DNA from: a virus
Direction: 5' to 3' (one strand)
IMG/VR virus record: IMGVR_UViG_3300031647_000028
DNA length: 34,202 bases
Each line of letters starts with the position of its first letter. Position 1 is the first letter of the stretch. A program made the translations under genes and the position numbers. Under the pieces are notes generated by a model that saw only the letters and a list, made by a program, of their open reading frames with translations, was not told where the DNA came from and made no database searches. Positions 15,316-22,434 of this stretch are shown here, one piece after another.

Positions 15316-15384
15316 ATGAAACATATAACGCTGAAGTCCACGTTATAAGCGGGTTTAACGTTGTGTTAAGCTAGTTTTTAAAGG

Positions 15385-15414
15385 TCGTTACGAAGTAGTA
15401 CGAAGTCGTTACGA
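15385..15414 (+). promoter_or_regulatory. Operator-like direct repeats in the rightward leader
   Basis: TCGTTACGA at 15385 and 15406 (21-bp spacing) flank tandem TACGAAGT units. They lie between the promoter and the first gene. Confidence 0.4.
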
Positions 15415-15433
15415 TCAAACAATGGAGTAGTTT

Positions 15434-15730
15434 ATGACAAACAAAGAAGCAAGGGCAATCTGGCCAATGTTAAGTTTAAAAAGAGATCATCAAGTTGGTA
15501 TAAGTAATCAAGAAAGAATCAAGTTATTAGATATCGATATTGATGTATTGATCTTTATACAATCTCATCACAGAGTTACAACTAACAAAGTATATGCAAC
15601 CAAATACTTTAGAGATTATGGTTTTTCAACGATCAAACGAGCAATTGATAAATTATACAAAGCTAAAATCATTTCAAAAACTGTTGATTCGATAGATGCA
15701 AGGAAACGTATTTTGGAGTTAATAACATGA
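15434..15730 (+). CDS. MarR-like winged-helix DNA-binding protein
   Basis: 98 aa. ...STIKRAIDKLYKAKIISKTVDSIDARKRILELIT resembles the MarR recognition helix, wing and DxR motif. GGAG lies 7 nt upstream. First gene of the rightward operon. Confidence 0.5.
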   Translation: MTNKEARAIWPMLSLKRDHQVGISNQERIKLLDIDIDVLIFIQSHHRVTTNKVYATKYFRDYGFSTIKRAIDKLYKAKIISKTVDSIDARKRILELIT

Positions 15731-15963
15731 AGGAATTAAAAGAAAATATCAAGAATCTAGTTGATGAAAGTAGAGATTGTAAAGCGAAGCTTCAGGATCT
15801 ATATACGGCCGTTACGGGCGAGTTAACTGATGTCAGCATGCATAGTCATATAGACGTTGTAAACATGGCCATGATCGCTAAAGAAGCTAATGATTTAATA
15901 AGCTATACAACTTCAGATGAGTATGTTTCTTTGTTTAATCTAATGCAAGAGGATGAGTCATGA
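15727..15963 (+). CDS. Hypothetical acidic 78-aa protein
   Basis: ATGA overlap with the upstream gene. Confidence 0.5.
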   Translation: MKELKENIKNLVDESRDCKAKLQDLYTAVTGELTDVSMHSHIDVVNMAMIAKEANDLISYTTSDEYVSLFNLMQEDES

Positions 15964-16184
15964 TCATAGAAATCAAACCAAACGAATACATAAACACGGA
16001 TCATATTATTTACTTTAAAAGATCAATGGATATTAAACACGGATTTAATAACACTATCACTGAGCATTGGCATGTATATGTCGATTTAGTTGGGCGTAGC
16101 ATCACTATAAACTTTGATCAAGATGAAGCTGAAGCTAACGTATTGATCCGTAAACTACTAAAGGCCTGTAATGAAAACATTTAA
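15960..16184 (+). CDS. Hypothetical 74-aa protein
   Basis: ATGA overlap with the upstream gene. Confidence 0.5.
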   Translation: MIIEIKPNEYINTDHIIYFKRSMDIKHGFNNTITEHWHVYVDLVGRSITINFDQDEAEANVLIRKLLKACNENI

Positions 16185-16410
16185 AGCAAGATTTAACGAG
16201 TATGAAGTTATGGAAACAGTTAGTGGATTATATCTAACTACTACATTACCAACTGATCATACGGAGTGGAGCGATAGTTATTGGGAAGACTTTTTGTTAT
16301 CGAATGTTGCTGAAGCTTACGAGGATCTACCAGCCGAGGATATTATGGCTATGATCCATGAAACAACTTCAGTATTTATGGGAATGATCAAGGAAAAAGA
16401 AAATGTTTGA
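16171..16410 (+). CDS. Hypothetical acidic 79-aa protein
   Basis: ORF overlapping the upstream gene by 14 nt. Confidence 0.45.
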   Translation: MKTFKARFNEYEVMETVSGLYLTTTLPTDHTEWSDSYWEDFLLSNVAEAYEDLPAEDIMAMIHETTSVFMGMIKEKENV

Positions 16411-16525
16411 TATTATGCTTGGAGCATTGATCTTATACATGGCCTTCAAGTTAACATACTTGATCGAATACAACGATAAAATAATTAATAGAGGTGAAGA
16501 TGAACACAACGTTAATTATCCTTAG
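16403..16525 (+). CDS. Possible 40-aa small membrane protein
   Basis: Not in the track. MFDIMLGALILYMAFKLTYLIEYNDKIINRGEDEHNVNYP. The ATG overlaps the upstream stop (ATGTTTGA). Confidence 0.3.
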   Translation: MFDIMLGALILYMAFKLTYLIEYNDKIINRGEDEHNVNYP

Positions 16526-16634
16526 TTTGATCTATATATCTCTAGAAGCCTTTACTTACCTACTCTACAGAGATTACAAAAGATCACAAGTAGAGTATAA
16601 GAAGTGTATAATAACAATTTTAAAGAGGAGATAA
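16500..16634 (+). CDS. Possible 44-aa small membrane protein
   Basis: Not in the track. MNTTLIILSLIYISLEAFTYLLYRDYKRSQVEYKKCIITILKRR. GAGGTG SD lies upstream. Confidence 0.35.
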   Translation: MNTTLIILSLIYISLEAFTYLLYRDYKRSQVEYKKCIITILKRR

Positions 16635-16636
16635 TC

Positions 16637-16846
16637 ATGATTGATTACGAAAAAGAAGATCAAAGATCTGAAGAGTTATACGATGAACACGTTGATGCTT
16701 TAGCACACCTACCAAGAGAGATTTGGGATGAAGTTAGACACCTACCAACAGTCCAAGCAATATCTTTGGGCGGTCAACTATTATTTGTCAAAAGACAGAA
16801 GGATAGAAACAAAGCAATTGCTGATTCTATTTGGGGGGAAAGATAA
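16637..16846 (+). CDS. Hypothetical 69-aa protein
   Basis: Track ORF 16604-16846 trimmed to ATG 16637, which is preceded by AGGAG. Confidence 0.5.
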   Translation: MIDYEKEDQRSEELYDEHVDALAHLPREIWDEVRHLPTVQAISLGGQLLFVKRQKDRNKAIADSIWGER

Positions 16847-17082
16847 TGGGATATTTTTCTAATTTGCATTTAGAGATGCAAGAAGATAATGCTCACACAC
16901 AAAGTGAAGAGCCAGATTTTATGGCCTATGCTCATGAAGTTATGGCGACTGAAGAGTTTGCCAGGGATATGGTTGATCATGATCGAGGTTATGATGAATA
17001 CAAAGAAAAGAGAGCTGGAGTCTTTCCCGAGATTGACTTAGGCTTTTTAGACATAAGAAAAGGAGATAAAAATGGAAGCTAA
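16846..17082 (+). CDS. Hypothetical acidic 78-aa protein
   Basis: Track ORF (TTG at 16831) trimmed to ATG 16846, which overlaps the upstream TAA (TAATG). Confidence 0.5.
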   Translation: MGYFSNLHLEMQEDNAHTQSEEPDFMAYAHEVMATEEFARDMVDHDRGYDEYKEKRAGVFPEIDLGFLDIRKGDKNGS

Positions 17083-17659
17083 AACACTAAACATTTATGA
17101 AAGATTAGCAATGGCTAGAAACATGATCACGGGCGTTAAAAAGAAAGCGAGCAATCCCTTTTTCAAGAGCAAGTATGCTGATCTAAACAGCGTTATGGAT
17201 GCCTTAGCACCTTCATTGATCGAGTGTAATCTGATCTATGTTCAGTATGCTAACCGTATTGATGGAGTTGATGTATTAACAACCGAGTTGGTTAACATTC
17301 CCAATCCAGAAGAGAAGATCATAAGCCACACGCACCTGGTTATACCTAGTGCTGATATGCAAAAGCTTGGAGGTGCAATTACCTATGCAAGGCGTTATGC
17401 TTTAGTCACTATGTTTGGCCTAGAAGCCATTGATGATGATGGCAATGTTGCATCTGGAAAGGCAAAGCCAGCAACGGCTACACAAGAACACAACGCACGG
17501 ATGCTTGCTGGAAAGAAAGCATTAGACAAGGCGAAGAAAGAAAATGATTATGACTCTGCTAGTGATATGTATGACTATGCAGAGAAAAACGGATTTATAC
17601 AGATCTGTGACTATTATCACCAGCTATTTGATTCTAATGAGTCAAGTGAAGGTATGTAA
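17072..17659 (+). CDS. erf: ERF-family single-strand annealing protein
   Basis: FKSKYADLNSV...LGGAITYARRYALVTMFGLE matches the conserved ERF core (G-x-x-x-TYxRRY). Confidence 0.75.
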   Translation: MEAKTLNIYERLAMARNMITGVKKKASNPFFKSKYADLNSVMDALAPSLIECNLIYVQYANRIDGVDVLTTELVNIPNPEEKIISHTHLVIPSADMQKLGGAITYARRYALVTMFGLEAIDDDGNVASGKAKPATATQEHNARMLAGKKALDKAKKENDYDSASDMYDYAEKNGFIQICDYYHQLFDSNESSEGM

Positions 17660-17770
17660 ATTAAGCTGATCACAAAGCTTTTTCGGGGGTACTCCATGTC
17701 CTCGTTATTATTTCGATGTGCGAGTTGCTGGCGTTACCAGCTAACTTAATTTTAATAAAAGGAGTAAGAA

Positions 17771-18031
17771 ATGTCAGAATCATATGATAATACAAACCGC
17801 GGCCAGATCTGGAAAAACGATGATATTAAATCAGATAAGCACCCTCAATTCAAAGGCTCATTAAACGTTGATGGGGTAGAGTATTGGGTATCAGCCTGGA
17901 CAAGAAAGGAAGGAGCAAACCCTAAAGCACCAGCATTAACATTTAGCATTGCTAAGAAGGAAGACAAAGTAGCTGAAGTATCTGCTGATACAGTAGCACA
18001 AGATGGATTTGATGATGCGATCCCGTTTTAA
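17771..18031 (+). CDS. 86-aa protein with an SSB-type acidic C-terminal tip (mini-SSB or SSB-tip mimic)
   Basis: It ends in DGFDDAIPF (compare E. coli SSB ...MDFDDDIPF). It sits next to the ERF gene. AAGGAG SD lies upstream. Confidence 0.5.
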   Translation: MSESYDNTNRGQIWKNDDIKSDKHPQFKGSLNVDGVEYWVSAWTRKEGANPKAPALTFSIAKKEDKVAEVSADTVAQDGFDDAIPF

Positions 18032-18056
18032 ATAACAACATATAGGTAATAAAATC

Positions 18057-18719
18057 ATGGAGTATTCTATTATTGATAATGTAATTATCAACCACACACC
18101 ATACGATATAGAAGATTACACGGGGGCAAGCCTCCAATCTCTATTGACTAATAAAACAACCAAGCTATCGTTTAAGTTAACGGTATTCTTTGGTTATAAC
18201 GCTAGTAAAAATTCAGTTAGTCACACTATTGAAGTAACAGAAAATCAATACACAGCCTTGGCTGGAGCAGTTATTGATAAGAACAAAGATATGTTATTAA
18301 ACAATAAACAGATCCTATCTGATGATGAGTTATTTGGTAAACCTAGTACAACTACGTTACGTACTCGTAACGACTCTACTAATACTAATACTATACTTAC
18401 TACTATAAATACTAATACTAATACTAATACTAAGAAGGATCAAATTGAAAACTTCATTCCGAACGAGGCTTCAGAGAAAGCAGTTAGAGATAAGCACGTT
18501 GGCATAACAGCCAGCCAGGCTAATGATCTAATTCAGTCATTCAAAGATCAGATGCTGAATAGAACGGCCAAGTGGCAAGATCTACAGTCATGCTTTAGAA
18601 ACTACTTGAGAAAGGATTACATTGGTATTGATCAGTCAACTAAAAAGAAAGGCACGTTTGCTGGCATGAGTGACTCACGTAAAGCATTGATTGCTATGAA
18701 GCTGGGGGCAACACAATGA
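18057..18719 (+). CDS. Two-domain protein, weak replisome-organiser/replication-initiation candidate
   Basis: 220 aa. The N- and C-terminal parts are joined by a T/N low-complexity linker. The C-terminal W-x-D...F-x-N-Y-L pattern recalls DnaD/organiser-type domains (memory only). It sits in the recombination/replication module. Confidence 0.3.
   Translation: MEYSIIDNVIINHTPYDIEDYTGASLQSLLTNKTTKLSFKLTVFFGYNASKNSVSHTIEVTENQYTALAGAVIDKNKDMLLNNKQILSDDELFGKPSTTTLRTRNDSTNTNTILTTINTNTNTNTKKDQIENFIPNEASEKAVRDKHVGITASQANDLIQSFKDQMLNRTAKWQDLQSCFRNYLRKDYIGIDQSTKKKGTFAGMSDSRKALIAMKLGATQ
18355..18433 (+). repeat. Inverted CGTTACG pair plus a 61-nt G-free TACTAA-type hexamer repeat
   Basis: CGTTACG (18355-61), tact, CGTAACG (18366-72). 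Then 18373-18433 has no G and carries repeated tactaa/aatact units. Confidence 0.85.
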
Positions 18720-19165
18720 CTGAAGATGAAGTAAACACGCTGGCCAATGAGTTAGTAGAAGAGTTAATTGTATTCAACAAGATCAAGATGAACGTTAAGA
18801 ATATTTGGGCGACCAAGTTGATTGACTTCTTTTTGAGTGAGAAGCAAGACTACAACCTATTCCAGCACTCCAAGGTTATGAAGAGTATTCCGAAGATCCC
18901 AGCTGATGGTATCCAAGCATTACTTGAGTTGATTAAACAACAGAACAACCAGATGGAAACCAAGCTTATATCCAACACTACACACTCTAAGCCTAACTAT
19001 AGTAAGATATGGGATAAGTCTGATGAAAAGGCCAAGGCTTGCTTCTATGATACGTTTGATCCACAAGATGTATCGCCAGCAACCAAATGGTTTTCGAGAG
19101 AGTATTTCAGAGAGATTGGCTGGACTGAAAAACAAATTACAAGGACACTAGGATTGCCTTGGTAA
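18716..19165 (+). CDS. Hypothetical 149-aa protein
   Basis: ATGA overlap with the upstream gene. No recognisable motifs. Confidence 0.5.
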   Translation: MTEDEVNTLANELVEELIVFNKIKMNVKNIWATKLIDFFLSEKQDYNLFQHSKVMKSIPKIPADGIQALLELIKQQNNQMETKLISNTTHSKPNYSKIWDKSDEKAKACFYDTFDPQDVSPATKWFSREYFREIGWTEKQITRTLGLPW

Positions 19166-19196
19166 AACAATAATAATTAACGGGGGAAAGAATGTT

Positions 19197-19655
19197 ATGA
19201 AAAAAGCAGTAAAACAATACACACTTACTGATGGATCTACTTGGACAGCATTAGAGTTAAGTAAAAAATTAAATCTAACAACAACAGCTTGCAGATACAG
19301 ATTAGATCAGTCTAATAAAGTGGAGTGGGTAATGCGTGTTCAACATAAAGCGATGGGTCGCAAGAAAAAACATACTTGTAGAAAATTTACCTTATCAGAT
19401 GGATGCGTATTATCAGCCGAAGAGTGTGCAAAAAAATATAATATTTGCACTTCAACAATGTATGCAAGGTTACAAAGAAATATTAGAGATGTAGATACTC
19501 TTGGAAAGATACCCACAAAAGGAAGACAAAGCAACATTCATGCTGGATATGTGCCAATAGAAAAACAGCCAAACATTATTAAAAAATCTATTATGAAGCG
19601 TAATGCTTATGATCCAATGAGTAGACTATTCATGATGCTAGGAGCTGGAGCATGA
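19197..19655 (+). CDS. DNA-binding protein with two tandem HTH-like repeats
   Basis: YTLTDGSTWTALELSKKLNLTTTACRYRL and FTLSDGCVLSAEECAKKYNICTSTMYARLQR are internal repeats resembling NUMOD1/HTH modules. Confidence 0.4.
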   Translation: MKKAVKQYTLTDGSTWTALELSKKLNLTTTACRYRLDQSNKVEWVMRVQHKAMGRKKKHTCRKFTLSDGCVLSAEECAKKYNICTSTMYARLQRNIRDVDTLGKIPTKGRQSNIHAGYVPIEKQPNIIKKSIMKRNAYDPMSRLFMMLGAGA

Positions 19656-19945
19656 GTTATTACAATACTAACAATGAAGAGGGTAGTGCCCTTTCACGTT
19701 CAAGAGAAAATACTCAAAACCAAGAGGAGTTGATACTTGCTATCTTCAATAAAGAAGAGCGTCTTTCACCTGATGAAGTATTGGATGTATGTAACGAGGA
19801 GCATAACTATCCAATAACAAGTGTTAGGCGTGCCATGACAAACCTAACCAACAAAGGGCTGTTGATCAAAACAAATATATTTAAAAAGGGTAAGTACGGA
19901 AAGATGACACATACCTGGAAGCTTTCAAACGGAGAAATAAGATGA
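19652..19945 (+). CDS. Winged-helix DNA-binding protein
   Basis: EELILAIF...SPDEVLD...ITSVRRAMTNLTNKGLLIKT...GKMTHTWKL fits an HTH-plus-wing pattern. Confidence 0.45.
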   Translation: MSYYNTNNEEGSALSRSRENTQNQEELILAIFNKEERLSPDEVLDVCNEEHNYPITSVRRAMTNLTNKGLLIKTNIFKKGKYGKMTHTWKLSNGEIR

Positions 19946-20139
19946 AATTTCATGATGATGCGTTATGTAAACAAAAGATAGAGTGTATTCTTGGCTTCCT
20001 TAAAGAGATCAATGACATAGTTGAGTACCCAAGATCAGACAGAGAGCAGTTCATTAGATGCTCATTAGAGCAAGCATTGCAAGACTTGCAGTACCTGGAT
20101 AACGAGTTAGACCTTGGTGAGGATGAAACGCACTCATGA
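19942..20139 (+). CDS. Hypothetical 65-aa protein
   Basis: ATGA overlaps on both sides. Confidence 0.5.
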   Translation: MKFHDDALCKQKIECILGFLKEINDIVEYPRSDREQFIRCSLEQALQDLQYLDNELDLGEDETHS

Positions 20140-20528
20140 AGCATACATTCTATGTAACACCCGTTCCAGCAAGCCGACCTAGAGTAACAAGATGGTCAAC
20201 CTTTTATCCTAAGAAATATACAGAGTTCAGAGCTTCCATGAAAGTTGCATTGGGGGATGTGCAGTTTGTACCCTTTCAGACGAACGTATATGCGAAATTA
20301 GACTTCTTTGTGCAAATCCCTAAGTCTTGGTCGAAGAAGAAGAAATTAGAGTACCAGGGTCGTTTCTGTGACAATAACGCAGATATTGATAATTACTGTA
20401 AGGCTATACTAGATTCATTAAATGGTATATACTACGAAGACGATCGACAAATTGTGATGATACGTGCAAGAAAATATTGGTCGAACACTCCACGGATCAA
20501 GTGTGAGTTCTTAAAAATGCAAGACTAA
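20136..20528 (+). CDS. rusA: RusA-family Holliday junction resolvase
   Basis: ADIDNYCKAILDSLNGIYYEDDRQIV matches the RusA DxDNxxKxxxDxL...DD catalytic signature. 130 aa. Confidence 0.85.
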   Translation: MKHTFYVTPVPASRPRVTRWSTFYPKKYTEFRASMKVALGDVQFVPFQTNVYAKLDFFVQIPKSWSKKKKLEYQGRFCDNNADIDNYCKAILDSLNGIYYEDDRQIVMIRARKYWSNTPRIKCEFLKMQD

Positions 20529-20542
20529 ACTTGGGGAAGTTA

Positions 20543-20710
20543 ATGACAACAACAGAAATGTGTATAAAACTAGCTGAAGACTACGCTGACCGTGCCACTA
20601 AAGGTGGTGCTAACTATGATGATGCGTATGAGCATTATCTAACGAGATGTTTGAATAGGAACGAGAAAGAATTGAAACAACAGGTTGATGTTCAAGGTCT
20701 TAATCCCTAG
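20543..20710 (+). CDS. Possible 55-aa hypothetical protein
   Basis: Not in the track. MTTTEMCIKLAEDYADRATKGGANYDDAYEHYLTRCLNRNEKELKQQVDVQGLNP. GGGGAAG lies upstream of the ATG. Confidence 0.4.
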   Translation: MTTTEMCIKLAEDYADRATKGGANYDDAYEHYLTRCLNRNEKELKQQVDVQGLNP

Positions 20711-20869
20711 TAATTTAGTGCGTGAATAGTTGAAAAAACACTATGGGGGGTGAAAAAACAAATCTGAGGAGATTCCTATCCACGCGTGCTAACTATACCA
20801 TATTCCAACAAATAGTCAAGTGTATCTATAGTGTATAATAGTATTATTTATAGCACACAATAGGGCATT

Positions 20870-21037
20870 ATGGCTTCTCACCAGATCAATATCAAAGTAG
20901 ACACAGACGATTTATCTTTCATAGACACAAAAGCAAAACGCTACGGGTTAAGTCGTAGCGCAATGATTAAGTTGTTTGCTTTAAACGCTGAGATGAACGT
21001 TAGCGTACCTTCCAAACTACAGAAGCCTAAGATTTAA
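20870..21037 (+). CDS. Ribbon-helix-helix (Arc/CopG-like) DNA-binding protein, 55 aa
   Basis: Not in the track. MASHQINIKVDTDDLSFIDTKAKRYGLSRSAMIKLF... fits a beta-strand plus two-helix RHH pattern. TATAAT lies at about 20834-20839 upstream. Confidence 0.5.
   Translation: MASHQINIKVDTDDLSFIDTKAKRYGLSRSAMIKLFALNAEMNVSVPSKLQKPKI
20925..20960 (-). terminator. Rho-independent terminator of the late operon, lying inside the RHH coding sequence
   Basis: Minus-strand stem CGCUACG/CGUAGCG (7 bp, 8-nt loop) followed by UUUUGCUUUUGUGU. It lies about 75 nt past the stop at 21034. Confidence 0.5.
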
Positions 21038-21549
21038 GGATTGTTTTTTAGATAACGCTTTACTTTGCTGAAGTAATCTGAGTCTTTCTTTCCTTTATAA
21101 CTACCACCATGCCTCCAATCTTTAATGAAGTCATCTAAGTTACCGTTTTGTCTGGCGTAAGTGTTCTCCATCATCTTTTCAGTAAGCTTCTTGTAGTCTT
21201 CCTTGTCCTTTTTAGACGTAAGCATACCAACACCAGCATCAGGATTGTTAACGTCAGCGTAGTCAAGTCTTGGGTCGTAACCCTTTATAGACTTTTCATT
21301 ACCGTGTATGTTAAATAATTTTGATTGAGTCATAAAGCGATCAGCATAATTCTGTAGATCTTTATCTTTGAATTTTTGACCACTTAACCTTCTACCAGTT
21401 AGTTGTACTGGCCCGAAAGCAGTTGACCCAGTTGCAGGGGCGTGAGAGGTTCTACGCCATCTATTATTCCCCCACTGCTTAGTATCAAGCATATCGGTTT
21501 CAGCACTACGTATGGCCGCGTAAAGTTGTTTAGGCGTAAACATTCCCAT
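21034..21549 (-). CDS. Putative lytic transglycosylase-like (SLT-like) protein
   Basis: IRSAET...TGSTAFGPVQLT...TYARQNGN loosely follows the SLT motifs (E-S/T, G-x-x-Q, AYNxG). It is the last gene of the internal-virion-protein block. Confidence 0.35.
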   Translation of the reverse strand: MGMFTPKQLYAAIRSAETDMLDTKQWGNNRWRRTSHAPATGSTAFGPVQLTGRRLSGQKFKDKDLQNYADRFMTQSKLFNIHGNEKSIKGYDPRLDYADVNNPDAGVGMLTSKKDKEDYKKLTEKMMENTYARQNGNLDDFIKDWRHGGSYKGKKDSDYFSKVKRYLKNNP

Positions 21550-22424
21550 TAGCCACAGATTCCTTTTAACTTACCAAGTAAATCAGCAGATTGAGCGTCA
21601 TCAAGACCAACATTAATCATTGCAGACTTCATCATGTCAGACTTAGAAGCTTCATCCATAGGTTTGCCAGAAAGCATACCTTCGCCAACTTCTTGATCAA
21701 GGCCAGCATCCATACCTTTAATTTGGTTGTAAGCTGTCTGAGCGTTTTCACTTAGATCTTTAACATCTTCAGGGTTGATTGCATCAAACATTTCAGGAGA
21801 CATTGCTTCAAAACTAGTAGTCCAGTTTTCAACTGAGTCTTCTTCTTCAATCGCCATTTCAGCTTCAACATCGGCATCAACATCTACAGCATCCACTTCA
21901 GCTAATCTTCTTTCAATATCGGCCATCTTAGCAGGACGTTCAGCTTTACGCTTCTCAATACCAGCCATAACATCTTCAGTAGGCACTTGCTCATCAGACG
22001 TGGTAACCTCACCATCTTTAATACTAACAGGTTTCATGTAAGTTTTGAATGAGCCATCACCATCTCTGCTGCCTTCTAGCCCTCTATCTTGGCCTTCTCC
22101 GCCCACATCTTGACCATCAGCATAAACAAGGTTGTCTTCATCGTCATAGACTTCCATGTTATCCATTTGAGCAAGAAATTCTTGATCAGTCGGAGCTTTC
22201 TCTTGGTAAGATTCAGAGTCACCAGTCCAGTCGCTAGGAGCTTCTTCTGGGTTGCTTTTAAAGTATGAAGCCCATCTGTCAGTACCAAACTCCGTACCAC
22301 CATCCTCAGTGATTGGGCCAGTATTAAATAAGTTACCAGCCTCTAAAGCATCAGTAAATCTTTTTCTGTTTAATTCTTTTAGTTGTCTCTCGGTTAACAT
22401 TGAACCGTCTGCGCCTCTTGCCAT
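21549..22424 (-). CDS. Acidic hypothetical virion/internal protein
   Basis: 291 aa, very D/E-rich, with a 1-nt overlap to the next gene. Confidence 0.45.
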   Translation of the reverse strand: MARGADGSMLTERQLKELNRKRFTDALEAGNLFNTGPITEDGGTEFGTDRWASYFKSNPEEAPSDWTGDSESYQEKAPTDQEFLAQMDNMEVYDDEDNLVYADGQDVGGEGQDRGLEGSRDGDGSFKTYMKPVSIKDGEVTTSDEQVPTEDVMAGIEKRKAERPAKMADIERRLAEVDAVDVDADVEAEMAIEEEDSVENWTTSFEAMSPEMFDAINPEDVKDLSENAQTAYNQIKGMDAGLDQEVGEGMLSGKPMDEASKSDMMKSAMINVGLDDAQSADLLGKLKGICG

Positions 22425-22434
22425 GTTACTTCTC

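Noticed and set aside
17660-17770. The hairpin gctgg-cgtta-ccagc (about 17729-17743) as a terminator between erf and the SSB-tip gene
   Set aside because: The stem is only 5 bp and the downstream T tract is weak and interrupted, so this is not convincing.
17952-20144. Minus-strand ORFs 17952-18137, 18920-19135, 19340-19537 and 19950-20144 inside the plus-strand early operon
   Set aside because: They are antisense shadow ORFs without signals, and the plus-strand genes are tightly coupled and motif-supported.
20543-21037. The 55-aa ORF plus the RHH ORF as a toxin-antitoxin pair
   Set aside because: The two ORFs are separated by 160 nt, and the RHH gene has its own promoter-like element. The 55-aa protein is acidic and helical with no toxin-like motif.
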